Assembly (NCBI RefSeq): GCF_047605465.1
Contig: NZ_JASGFS010000012.1
Location: forward strand, 22,214 to 86,213
Direction: 5' to 3'
From: Bradyrhizobium sp.
Lineage (GTDB): Bacteria; Pseudomonadota; Alphaproteobacteria; Rhizobiales; Xanthobacteraceae
Length of the DNA: 64,000 nt
Part shown: piece after piece, positions 44,593-52,658 of the stretch
How the letters are laid out: each line of letters begins with the position of its first letter
Position numbering within the stretch: the stretch's first letter is position 1
The notes under the pieces: model-generated
Told to the model about the DNA's origin: nothing
What the model saw: only the letters and a program-made list of their open reading frames with translations
Databases searched by the model: none
Made by a program: the position numbers and the translations under genes

Positions 44593-45687
44593 ATGGCAAC
44601 GGTAGAGTTCCGCAAGCTCGTCAAGCGTTACGGCACGGTCGAAGTGGTTCACGGAATCGATCTGTCGATCGATGACGGTGAGTTCATCGTGCTGGTCGGG
44701 CCTTCCGGTTGCGGCAAATCGACCACGCTGCGCATGCTCGCGGGTCTCGAGGACGTTTCCGACGGCGAGATCCTGATCGGCGCGCGCAACGTCAACGAAA
44801 CCGCGCCGCGCGATCGGGACATTGCGATGGTGTTCCAGGACTACGCGCTCTATCCCCACCTGTCGGTCTACGACAACATGGCGTTTTCGCTGCTGTATCG
44901 GAAAATGCCGCGCAAGCAGATCGACGCACGCGTGCGCGAGGCAGCCGAAATCCTCGGGCTCACGCCGTATCTCGGCCGCCGTCCGAAGCAACTGTCGGGC
45001 GGGCAGCGCCAGCGCGTGGCCATGGGGCGGGCGATCGTCCGCAAGCCGCAGGTTTTCCTGTTCGACGAACCGCTTTCAAACCTCGACGCCAAGCTCCGCG
45101 GGACCATGCGGGTCGAAATGAAGAAGCTGCATCAACGGCTCGGGGTCACCACGGTCTTCGTCACGCACGATCAGGTCGAGGCCATGACGCTGGCGGACCG
45201 TGTTGTCGTGATGAACGGGGGGCACATCGAACAGACGGGATCGCCGGACGAGGTCTATCACGCGCCGGCAAGCCTGTTCGTCGCGGGCTTCATCGGGGCT
45301 CCCACCATGAACTTCCTGAGGGCGCAGGCGCTCGATGCCGATACGCTGCGGCTGGGCGAGGGAGAAGTCGTTCGGCGTCGGGGTATGGGCGGCGCCGGCA
45401 GCGACGTCGTGTTCGGGATCAGGCCCGAGGACGTCGAGATCGCTTCCGGTGCGCTTCCTCCGGGCTGGGTCGATCTGCCCGCGACCGTCGAGGTCGTCGA
45501 GCCGCTCGGCTCGGACACGCTCGTCTTCACCAGCGTCCTCGGCTCGTCGATGACGGCGCGGGTGCGGCCGGATCAGCGGCCGGCGCCCGGCTCGCAGATC
45601 AAGCTGAGGGTGAATGCGGAGCGCGCTCACATCTTCGATGCGGGATCCGGCAAGTCGGTCCTGAACGCGGTCCATTCATCCAGCTAG
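44593..45687 (+). CDS. Sugar ABC transporter ATP-binding protein (MalK/UgpC type, with C-terminal TOBE-like domain)
   Basis: Walker A GPSGCGKST, Q-loop, signature LSGGQRQRVAMGRA, Walker B FLFDEPLSNLD, H-loop VTHDQ, about 120-aa regulatory C-terminus. Confidence 0.9.
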   Translation: MATVEFRKLVKRYGTVEVVHGIDLSIDDGEFIVLVGPSGCGKSTTLRMLAGLEDVSDGEILIGARNVNETAPRDRDIAMVFQDYALYPHLSVYDNMAFSLLYRKMPRKQIDARVREAAEILGLTPYLGRRPKQLSGGQRQRVAMGRAIVRKPQVFLFDEPLSNLDAKLRGTMRVEMKKLHQRLGVTTVFVTHDQVEAMTLADRVVVMNGGHIEQTGSPDEVYHAPASLFVAGFIGAPTMNFLRAQALDADTLRLGEGEVVRRRGMGGAGSDVVFGIRPEDVEIASGALPPGWVDLPATVEVVEPLGSDTLVFTSVLGSSMTARVRPDQRPAPGSQIKLRVNAERAHIFDAGSGKSVLNAVHSSS

Positions 45688-45698
45688 AAGGCGCATCC

Positions 45699-47384
45699 TC
45701 AGTTCGGACGATCATCGTGGACAATGCGGCCGTCGACGATGGTGAGATCGCAGCGCAGGTTCTTGAGCTCCGTCACCGGCAGCGAGGTCGGATCAGCCGA
45801 AAGCACGGCGAGATCGGCGGCGAAACCGGGCTTCAATGGTCCTTTCCAGTCCTCGTCGAAGGTAAGACGGGCGCCGTTGACGGTGAAGAGACGCAGCGCT
45901 TCCTCGGCGCTGAGTTGCTGTTCGGTCCCGATCACGCGGCCGCTGGTTCGTTCCTCGCGTGCGCAGGTGACCCAGAGGGTGAAGAACGGATCGTAAGGAA
46001 TGTTGTCGGTGGCGATGGCGAGCGGTATCCCGGCGTTCAGAAGTTGACGATGCGGCACGACCTGATTGCCGCCATCGGGCTCGTCGAGATATTTCTCGCC
46101 GCCTTTCCAGAGGTAATAGGTCGGTATCGTGGTGACGAGGACGCCGAGCCGGGCGAGCGCTTCGATGTCGGCCTCACGGGCGCGGCCGATGTGCTCGATG
46201 ACCCAGCGGCGCGCACGCAGTGGAAAGCGGGCGTCGACCGCCTCCAGTACGGGGACGATCTCGTGGAGCTTGTCGCCCACGATCGTATGCAGGCGCAGAT
46301 CGAATTCGGCGGCGAGGAAGCTGGCCTCTCGAAAATCGGCCGGTGTCACGGCTTGCTCGACGAAGCCGCTCCAGCCGGTGTCGGGCAAGTGGGCCCGGGC
46401 GCATCGCGCCACCTCGGGATCGCCGCCGTAGGCGATGTGGATGCCGGAGACCCGCAGCCAGGGATCCCCGAGGCCGGCTCCGCGCGCGGTGGCGAGCCAG
46501 TCCCGCATGATCCGCCGTGCCTCCGTGAGGTCCGACCAGCTCGGGCTGACCACAAGGCCGACGCGGACGGTGAGCTCTCCGAGCTCCCACAGCTTGCGAT
46601 AGACCGAGATGGTTTCGGCGGCGGATCCATGTCCCTCGTAGATGCTCGTCGTGCCCTTGGCATTGTAGAGGCGTTGCGAGAGGCGAACGCCCTCGATGCG
46701 TTCCGCAAATCCAAATCGGGGGACGGCGGGGAGAAGGTCGAATTCCACGGCCGGGCGGTTGTTGCGCTCGACGATGATGCCCGTCGGCTCTCCGTTGGAA
46801 TCTGTCTCGATGTCCAGGCCGCCGAGGCGGGGCTTGCTGCCGGCATCGATGCCGTTGAGCGCCAGTGCGCGCGAGTTGAGGGCTGAATAGCCGGGCGGCT
46901 TGCCCCAGTTGCCGAACACTCCGGGAATGTACACGGGATGGTCGGGAGCAGCCTTGTCGAGTTCGTACCGGTTCGGCAGGCGCTTCTCGGCCAATGAAGC
47001 GACCCCGTCAAAATAGAAGGGAGGCCGTCCGGCCGGCATGGTCACGATCCACTGCCCGGGCGGTGTGCTCGCCGCGAGGGTGCGGATCACGCCGATGATG
47101 TCGGCAACTGAACGGGCGTCCGCCAGCGAGGCGCGCTGGTGTTTCAGCCCTTCACGCTCCATGTGGGCGTGCGTGTCGTTGAAGCCGGGGATGACGCAGG
47201 CGCCCTTGAGATCCAGTTCACGAGCACCGGGAATCGAGGAGACGTCGGCCTCGTCGCCGATCGCCGTGATCCTGCCGCCCTGGAGTGCGATGGCGCTTGC
47301 GCGCGGCCGTGCGTCGTCGAACGTGATGATGCCGGCGTTTCGCAGTACCAGAGGCGGCTCCGACGCACCGGTCGGCGGCCTCAT
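45699..47384 (-). CDS. Amidohydrolase family protein (Amidohydro_3 / YtcJ-like metal-dependent hydrolase)
   Basis: LVLRNAGIITFDD...ACVIPGFNDTHAHME (HxH metal motif), ...EHIGRA..., ATDNIPYDP, and C-terminal ADLAVLSADP...TIVDGRIV. ATG 47384 overlaps the permease stop. The upstream 258 codons of the listed 820-aa ORF are an artefact. Confidence 0.85.
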   Translation of the reverse strand: MRPPTGASEPPLVLRNAGIITFDDARPRASAIALQGGRITAIGDEADVSSIPGARELDLKGACVIPGFNDTHAHMEREGLKHQRASLADARSVADIIGVIRTLAASTPPGQWIVTMPAGRPPFYFDGVASLAEKRLPNRYELDKAAPDHPVYIPGVFGNWGKPPGYSALNSRALALNGIDAGSKPRLGGLDIETDSNGEPTGIIVERNNRPAVEFDLLPAVPRFGFAERIEGVRLSQRLYNAKGTTSIYEGHGSAAETISVYRKLWELGELTVRVGLVVSPSWSDLTEARRIMRDWLATARGAGLGDPWLRVSGIHIAYGGDPEVARCARAHLPDTGWSGFVEQAVTPADFREASFLAAEFDLRLHTIVGDKLHEIVPVLEAVDARFPLRARRWVIEHIGRAREADIEALARLGVLVTTIPTYYLWKGGEKYLDEPDGGNQVVPHRQLLNAGIPLAIATDNIPYDPFFTLWVTCAREERTSGRVIGTEQQLSAEEALRLFTVNGARLTFDEDWKGPLKPGFAADLAVLSADPTSLPVTELKNLRCDLTIVDGRIVHDDRPN

Positions 47385-48247
47385 CGTGCGCCCTCGTACC
47401 AGGGAAACAACCATCCGGCGAGCGCGACGAAGGCGCGATCGGCGAGAAAACCGAAGATGCCGAGTAGAGCGAGGCCAATGAACATGATGTCGACCCGGAA
47501 CAGCTGATTGCCCTGCGACATCATATAGGCCACACCGGCCGAGGCCCCCGACAATTCGGCAGCGACGAGGACGATCAGCGAGACCGCGATCGCCTGACGC
47601 AAGCCAGAGAGGATGAAGGGCAACGCCGCCGGCAAGATGACAAGGAACAGCGTCGCCAGCCGTCCGGCTCCGAGACAGGCCGCGGACCGCAGATAGATGA
47701 CGTGGACGTCGCGGACCCCGATGTGGGTGGTGATCCAGATCGGGAAGAACGCGCCCCATGTGACGAGCGCAAGCTTGGAGGTCTCGCCAATGCCGAACCA
47801 TAGAATGCACAGAGGCACCAGCGCGATGGTCGGGATTGCGCGGAAGCCGTGCAGCAACGGCTCCAGCAGATACTGGAAGAAACGGACGCGGGAGGTTATC
47901 AGCCCGGCCGCGATGCCGAGCACGAACGCCAGGCCGAACCCCGTGCCGGCGCGACGCAGGCTCACCATGATGTTGTGACCGATTTCGCCCGACTTCAGCA
48001 TCGGCCAGAACGCTTCCAGGACCTGTGATGGCGGCGGAAAGAGCACCTCGTTGACCCAGTTCGACCAGCGCGGGATCGCCTCCCAGGCTGCGATGAACAG
48101 GAGCACGCCGGCGGCGTTCAGCGCGAGCCGTAACAGCACGGCGCGGCGGCGTGCGCGCCAATAGGCGGTCTGGAACTCAGCTTCGAAGCCGGGCGTCTCG
48201 GCATCCCGGGACGGCGACAAGGTCCCGTCGGTGGAGGCAATGCTCAT
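47381..48247 (-). CDS. ABC transporter permease, NitT/TauT (SsuC/TauC-like) family
   Basis: Six hydrophobic segments and an EAA-type loop (YLRSAACLGAGRLATLFLVILPAALP). It is translationally coupled on both sides. Confidence 0.85.
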   Translation of the reverse strand: MSIASTDGTLSPSRDAETPGFEAEFQTAYWRARRRAVLLRLALNAAGVLLFIAAWEAIPRWSNWVNEVLFPPPSQVLEAFWPMLKSGEIGHNIMVSLRRAGTGFGLAFVLGIAAGLITSRVRFFQYLLEPLLHGFRAIPTIALVPLCILWFGIGETSKLALVTWGAFFPIWITTHIGVRDVHVIYLRSAACLGAGRLATLFLVILPAALPFILSGLRQAIAVSLIVLVAAELSGASAGVAYMMSQGNQLFRVDIMFIGLALLGIFGFLADRAFVALAGWLFPWYEGAR

Positions 48248-49014
48248 GCGGCGCTCCGCGTCGGTACGGCAAGGCTGGCGGAGATCGTGCTGTAGAGCTC
48301 TCCAAACGCGGCACTGCTGCGATCGCGCGGATAGGGAGCATCGATCCGGATGTCGGCACGGATCGCGCCGGGGTGAGGGCTCATGACGACGACGCGCTGG
48401 GCGAGGAAAGCCGCCTCGTCGATGTTGTGGGTGACGAATATCACCGAGAGTTCACTGTCGCGCCAAAGGCGCAGCAGATCCTCCTGAAGCGCTTGCCGGG
48501 TGATCGCGTCGACGGCGGCGAAGGGTTCGTCCATCAGCAGGACCGCAGGCTGGACGACGAGCGCGCGAGCCACCGCCACGCGCTGACGCATGCCTCCGGA
48601 CAGTTCATGCGGATATTTATCCGCCGCGTGCGCGAGGCCCACACGCTCCAGCGCGGCGAGTGCCCGGCCGGTGCGTATCCGCGATGGATAGCCGCGCATG
48701 CGTAGCCCGAATTCCACGTTCTGGCGTGCGGTCATCCAGGCGAACAGGGCGTATTCCTGGAATACGACGCCGCGATCGGGACTTGGTCCCGTCACCGGCG
48801 CACCGGCGAAGCTGACGCGGCCACGGGTCGGCGTCATGAAGCCTGCGATCAGATGCATCAACGTGGTCTTGCCACAACCGGAGGGACCGATGAGGCAGAC
48901 GAACTCGCCCTTGCCGATGGACAGGGAGACGTCGCGCAATGCGAAGCTCGGCGAGCCATCGCGCGTCGCGAAGATCTGCGAAACCGACGCGATGTCGATG
49001 AGTGCGTCGCTCAT
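48244..49014 (-). CDS. ABC transporter ATP-binding protein, NitT/TauT (SsuB/TauB-like) family
   Basis: Walker A GPSGCGKTT, signature [15 protein letters not shown], Walker B LLMDEPFAAVD, VTHNIDEAAFLAQRVVVMSPHPG. I chose ATG 49014 (MSDALIDIASV), which overlaps the binding-protein stop. Confidence 0.9.
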   Translation of the reverse strand: MSDALIDIASVSQIFATRDGSPSFALRDVSLSIGKGEFVCLIGPSGCGKTTLMHLIAGFMTPTRGRVSFAGAPVTGPSPDRGVVFQEYALFAWMTARQNVEFGLRMRGYPSRIRTGRALAALERVGLAHAADKYPHELSGGMRQRVAVARALVVQPAVLLMDEPFAAVDAITRQALQEDLLRLWRDSELSVIFVTHNIDEAAFLAQRVVVMSPHPGAIRADIRIDAPYPRDRSSAAFGELYSTISASLAVPTRSAA

Positions 49015-50072
49015 GTCAGGGTGACGCGGTCGGGGCGCAATGCCCTGGTTGGGCCTTCCGCGACAAGCGACCGGAGCAAATGGCGCAAGTCGCCCTTGGG
49101 CGGCTTGGCGAGGCCTGCGGCGATGGCCCATTCCGCCTGCGAGACAAGGTCGTCCACGAAGCGTTGGTCGAACCCGATCTTGAACGCGAATGTCGACGTC
49201 GCCTCCGCGATATCGGCGGCGGGCGTCTTGATGCGTTCGGCGATCAATTGCGGCCATTCGCGGTCGGTCGTGATCCGTTCCTCGGCCGTGAACAGGGCGC
49301 TCAATACCGCCTTGACCAGCTCCGGCTTCTTGTCGATCACAGCCTCCGTCGTCAGCAGCAATTGATGGCTCTGGAAATAGCGCTCGATTCCATCGAAGGT
49401 CATCTCCGCGATCTTGCCTCCGGACTGCCGCTGCGCCACCGCGACGGTCTGGCTGCTCCAGCAGAAGCCGTCGATGTCGCCGCGCGTCAGGGCGGTGGCC
49501 ATGTTGTTCGGCGCGAGATCGATGATGGTGACGTCGTTGGCCTTGAGCCCGGCAAGCTCCAGATATTTGGCGACCAGGTACTGACCGGAGGTGCCGACCC
49601 GGGTGGCGATGCGCCGGCCCTTGAGGCTGGCGGGTGTCTTGGGATCGACGACGCCGTCGCTGCGCACGGCGATCTTCATGTCGCGGGAATAGCGGCTGTA
49701 ATTCGCGATCGCGATCGGCCGGAGACCGGACAGTGCGGCGAACACCAGCGGCGTATCCGTCGAAGCCGAGAAGTCGGCCGAACCGGACAGGAGCGCTTGC
49801 ATCGCGTCACGGCCGGACTCAAACGACGAAGTCGTCAGCTCGACGCCTTGTTTCTTGAAGTAGCCGGCGGCCTCCGCGACATAGGGCACCGCCCAAGTAT
49901 AGCCGACGCTGCCATAGGCCAGCACGCCATTCAATTGTTGCTCCGCGGCTGCCCGCCCGCTGAACAGGGCTGCCGCGCCCGCGCCGGCGAGACCCGCGAG
50001 CACGTTGCGGCGATCGAACAGGGGCGATGCGGAGCGTTCGGCGGCCGAGGCCGGATAAGAGGAGCGGAGCAT
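49011..50072 (-). CDS. ABC transporter substrate-binding protein, NMT1/THI5-SsuA/TauA-like
   Basis: Tat-like signal (FDRRNVLAGLAGAGAAALFSGRAAA) and a type-2 binding fold typical of sulfonate/nitrate/taurine binding proteins. The start is at ATG 50072. Confidence 0.75.
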   Translation of the reverse strand: MLRSSYPASAAERSASPLFDRRNVLAGLAGAGAAALFSGRAAAEQQLNGVLAYGSVGYTWAVPYVAEAAGYFKKQGVELTTSSFESGRDAMQALLSGSADFSASTDTPLVFAALSGLRPIAIANYSRYSRDMKIAVRSDGVVDPKTPASLKGRRIATRVGTSGQYLVAKYLELAGLKANDVTIIDLAPNNMATALTRGDIDGFCWSSQTVAVAQRQSGGKIAEMTFDGIERYFQSHQLLLTTEAVIDKKPELVKAVLSALFTAEERITTDREWPQLIAERIKTPAADIAEATSTFAFKIGFDQRFVDDLVSQAEWAIAAGLAKPPKGDLRHLLRSLVAEGPTRALRPDRVTLT

Positions 50073-50339
50073 GTCAAACCCGTTAACGGAGAGAGGAATC
50101 TCGCCGCACTCTGGTGACTCCGCTTCGTTGTGGCAATTGCGGAAATCCGGGGCGTGGGAGAGCAAAATTTTGCGCGAAAGCGAGGAATGAGAATTCCTTT
50201 CCCCGCGTGTTCATCCGCGTTGACGCGCAATGCCGTGGATTGCTCAAGGCTCCATTCGGGCGCGTGCGAGCCTGCTCGCGGAGGGGCGCAACGATCGACG
50301 CTTCAATCCGCCAAAGGATGGCGCGCGATGATGCCTTGA

Positions 50340-50620
50340 TCGGCACGCGACCGGGATTGAGGACGACGACGTCCTCCACGATGCGATCGGCGACAAAAGC
50401 GTTTCCGCGGTGTCATGGGTGATCAACAAGCACAGCGGAGCGACGCTGTTCGTGCGCCGCCGGCAACTGCTCCGTGGCGCGCGATCGATGCGACCGATGG
50501 TCGAACGGATTCTTCTTCCGTGCCGGGCTCGATGGGAAGCTTCATCTAACTCACGCCCGATATCCGAAATTGCCAGAGGCGCTGTCTCGCGCGATCCTTG
50601 TTGCGCCGCGGACATCGCGC
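50340..50620 (-). pseudogene. Decayed ABC-transporter ATPase fragment (signature, Walker B, H-loop and C-terminal regions only, several frameshifts)
   Basis: Minus-strand translation across three frames gives MSAAQQ..(LSGGQQ-like), ELDEAS (LLDEPx-like), AVLV/LLITHDTAE (H-loop) and FVADRIVEDVVVLNPGRV (ADRIxVLxxGRV). I found no Walker A. It lies in the 577-bp gap upstream of the intact transporter operon. Confidence 0.4.
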
Positions 50621-50649
50621 CGCGCACAGAATCGATCCGGAGCCAAACA

Positions 50650-52278
50650 ATGACGAACCCACCCAGCCGCGCCGAGAAGCTATCGAGCTCGGCAGGATCC
50701 GTTGCGTTCGATGCGGACGTGCTGGTGCTCGGTGGCGGTCCCGCCGGGACATGGGCTGCGATCAGTGCCGCGGAGCAGGGCGCGCGTGTCGTGCTGGCGG
50801 ATAAAGGGTTCTGCGGCACGTCCGGAGCGACCGCCGCGGCCGGGACCGGCGTGTGGTACGTCGATCCGATTCCCGAACGCCGCGAGGCGGCGATGGCCAG
50901 CCGGGAGAAGCTCGGTGGCCATCTCCAGGATCGGCGCTGGATGGCGCGCGTCCTGGACCGGACCTATGCCCAGAGCAATCAGCTCGCCGATTGGGGCTAT
51001 CCGTATCCCACCGACGACAGCGGCAAGCCGCAGCGGAATTCGCTCCAGGGGCCGGAATATATGCGTCTGATGCGCAAACGAACCAAGCAGGCCGGCGTCA
51101 CCATCCTCGATCATTCCCCTGCGCTCGAACTGCTGGTTGACGGAAATGGCGCGGTTGCCGGCGCCGCGGGCTTGCGGCGTCAGAAGGGAGACCGTTGGAC
51201 GGTCAACGCCAGGGCCGTGGTGATCGCGACCGGCGGATGCGCCTTTCTGAGCAAGACGCTGGGCTCGAACGTGCTGACCGGCGACGGCTATCTCCTTGCG
51301 GCAGAAGCAGGCGCGGAATTCACCAGCATGGAATTCTCGAACGCCTACGCGATTTCTCCGGCATTCGGATCTGTGACCAAGACCCTGTTCTACAGCTGGG
51401 CGAGCTTCACCGATGAAGAGGGCAGCATCATCCCGGGAGCATCCTCGAAGGGGGGCCGTTCGGTGATCGCACGTTCGCTGCGGAAGGGAGCCGTGTACGC
51501 CCGACTGGATCAGGCGGACGCGGAGACGCAGCATCAGATGCGCGTATCTCAGCCGAATTTCTTCCTTCCATTCGACCGAACCGGCATCGATCCCTTTACG
51601 CAACGCTTTCCCGTCACGCTGCGTCTCGAGGGAACGGTCCGCGGCACGGGAGGCCTGCGGATCGTCGACGACAGCTGCGCGACGACCGTTCCGGGCCTCT
51701 ACGCGGCGGGTGATGCCGCAACGCGCGAGCTGATCTGCGGTGGATTTACCGGCGGCGGCAGCCACAACGCCGCCTGGGCAATGTCCTCGGGATATTGGGC
51801 CGGCCAGGGCGCCGCCGAGTTCGCGCACCAGCTGGGTGCGACCGTCGGGCGTCAGGCATTCCGGCGCGGCACCATTGGCCTGCGCTCCGGCCACGGGCGA
51901 GCATTGCAGCCAGCCGGGCTCGCACAGAATGTCCAGGACGAGGTTTTTCCCTACGAGCTGAATTATTTCCGCGAGGCCGGCCGGCTGGGCGACTCGCTGC
52001 GGCGCCTGGACGCGCTGTGGTCGGCGGCGTCGGACGCGGCCGCATCGGACGAGCAGGATCTGCTTCGCACGCGCGAGGCGGCTGCCATGCTCGCGACCGC
52101 ACGCTGGATGTATCGCAGCGCCCTGGCGCGCAAGGAGAGCCGGGGAATGCATCGCCGCGACGATTATCCCGCCCCGGACGACAGCTATCTTCACCTGGTC
52201 ACGACGGGCGGGCTCGATGACGTCTGGACATCGACGCGTCCGGTGGCGCCCGCCCATTATTCGGAGGCCGCGGAATGA
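50650..52278 (+). CDS. FAD-binding oxidoreductase of the fumarate reductase/succinate dehydrogenase/AprA flavoprotein superfamily
   Basis: Dinucleotide fold DVLVLGGGPAGTWAAISAAEQGARVVLADKG, VIATGGCAF, LYAAGDAA, and C-terminal ESRGMHRRDDYP (capping/helical domain motif). I chose ATG 50650. The listed ORF starts at 50410 inside the relic region. Confidence 0.8.
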   Translation: MTNPPSRAEKLSSSAGSVAFDADVLVLGGGPAGTWAAISAAEQGARVVLADKGFCGTSGATAAAGTGVWYVDPIPERREAAMASREKLGGHLQDRRWMARVLDRTYAQSNQLADWGYPYPTDDSGKPQRNSLQGPEYMRLMRKRTKQAGVTILDHSPALELLVDGNGAVAGAAGLRRQKGDRWTVNARAVVIATGGCAFLSKTLGSNVLTGDGYLLAAEAGAEFTSMEFSNAYAISPAFGSVTKTLFYSWASFTDEEGSIIPGASSKGGRSVIARSLRKGAVYARLDQADAETQHQMRVSQPNFFLPFDRTGIDPFTQRFPVTLRLEGTVRGTGGLRIVDDSCATTVPGLYAAGDAATRELICGGFTGGGSHNAAWAMSSGYWAGQGAAEFAHQLGATVGRQAFRRGTIGLRSGHGRALQPAGLAQNVQDEVFPYELNYFREAGRLGDSLRRLDALWSAASDAAASDEQDLLRTREAAAMLATARWMYRSALARKESRGMHRRDDYPAPDDSYLHLVTTGGLDDVWTSTRPVAPAHYSEAAE

Positions 52279-52595
52279 TCGAGGTCATCGATTCGGAGCG
52301 CTGCACCTCCTGCGATATCTGCGTCAACGTGTGCCCGACGAACGTCTTCGACAAGACTGACGGCATTCCCAGGATCGCGCGTCAGAACGACTGCCAGACC
52401 TGCTTCCTTTGCGAGCTTTATTGTCCTGAGGACGCCATGTTCGTCTCGCCATTCGCGGACGCGCCCCAGCAGGTCGATGTCGCCGCTTTGAAGGAGACGA
52501 GCCTGTTGGGCAGCTATCGGCGCGCGGTCGGCTGGGTCGATGAGAGCCGCCACTTGCGGGCGGCGGACCGCAGCTATCGGCTGTTCGGGCATTGA
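52275..52595 (+). CDS. 2x[4Fe-4S] ferredoxin
   Basis: Two CxxCxxCxxxCP motifs (CTSCDICVNVCP and CQTCFLCELYCP). The start overlaps the flavoprotein stop (ATGA). Confidence 0.85.
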   Translation: MIEVIDSERCTSCDICVNVCPTNVFDKTDGIPRIARQNDCQTCFLCELYCPEDAMFVSPFADAPQQVDVAALKETSLLGSYRRAVGWVDESRHLRAADRSYRLFGH

Positions 52596-52658
52596 AGACG
52601 ACGTCAATCGTTCCGGCGCCGGGAAGCCCCGGTGCGTGAACGGCCTGGAAGGATGATC

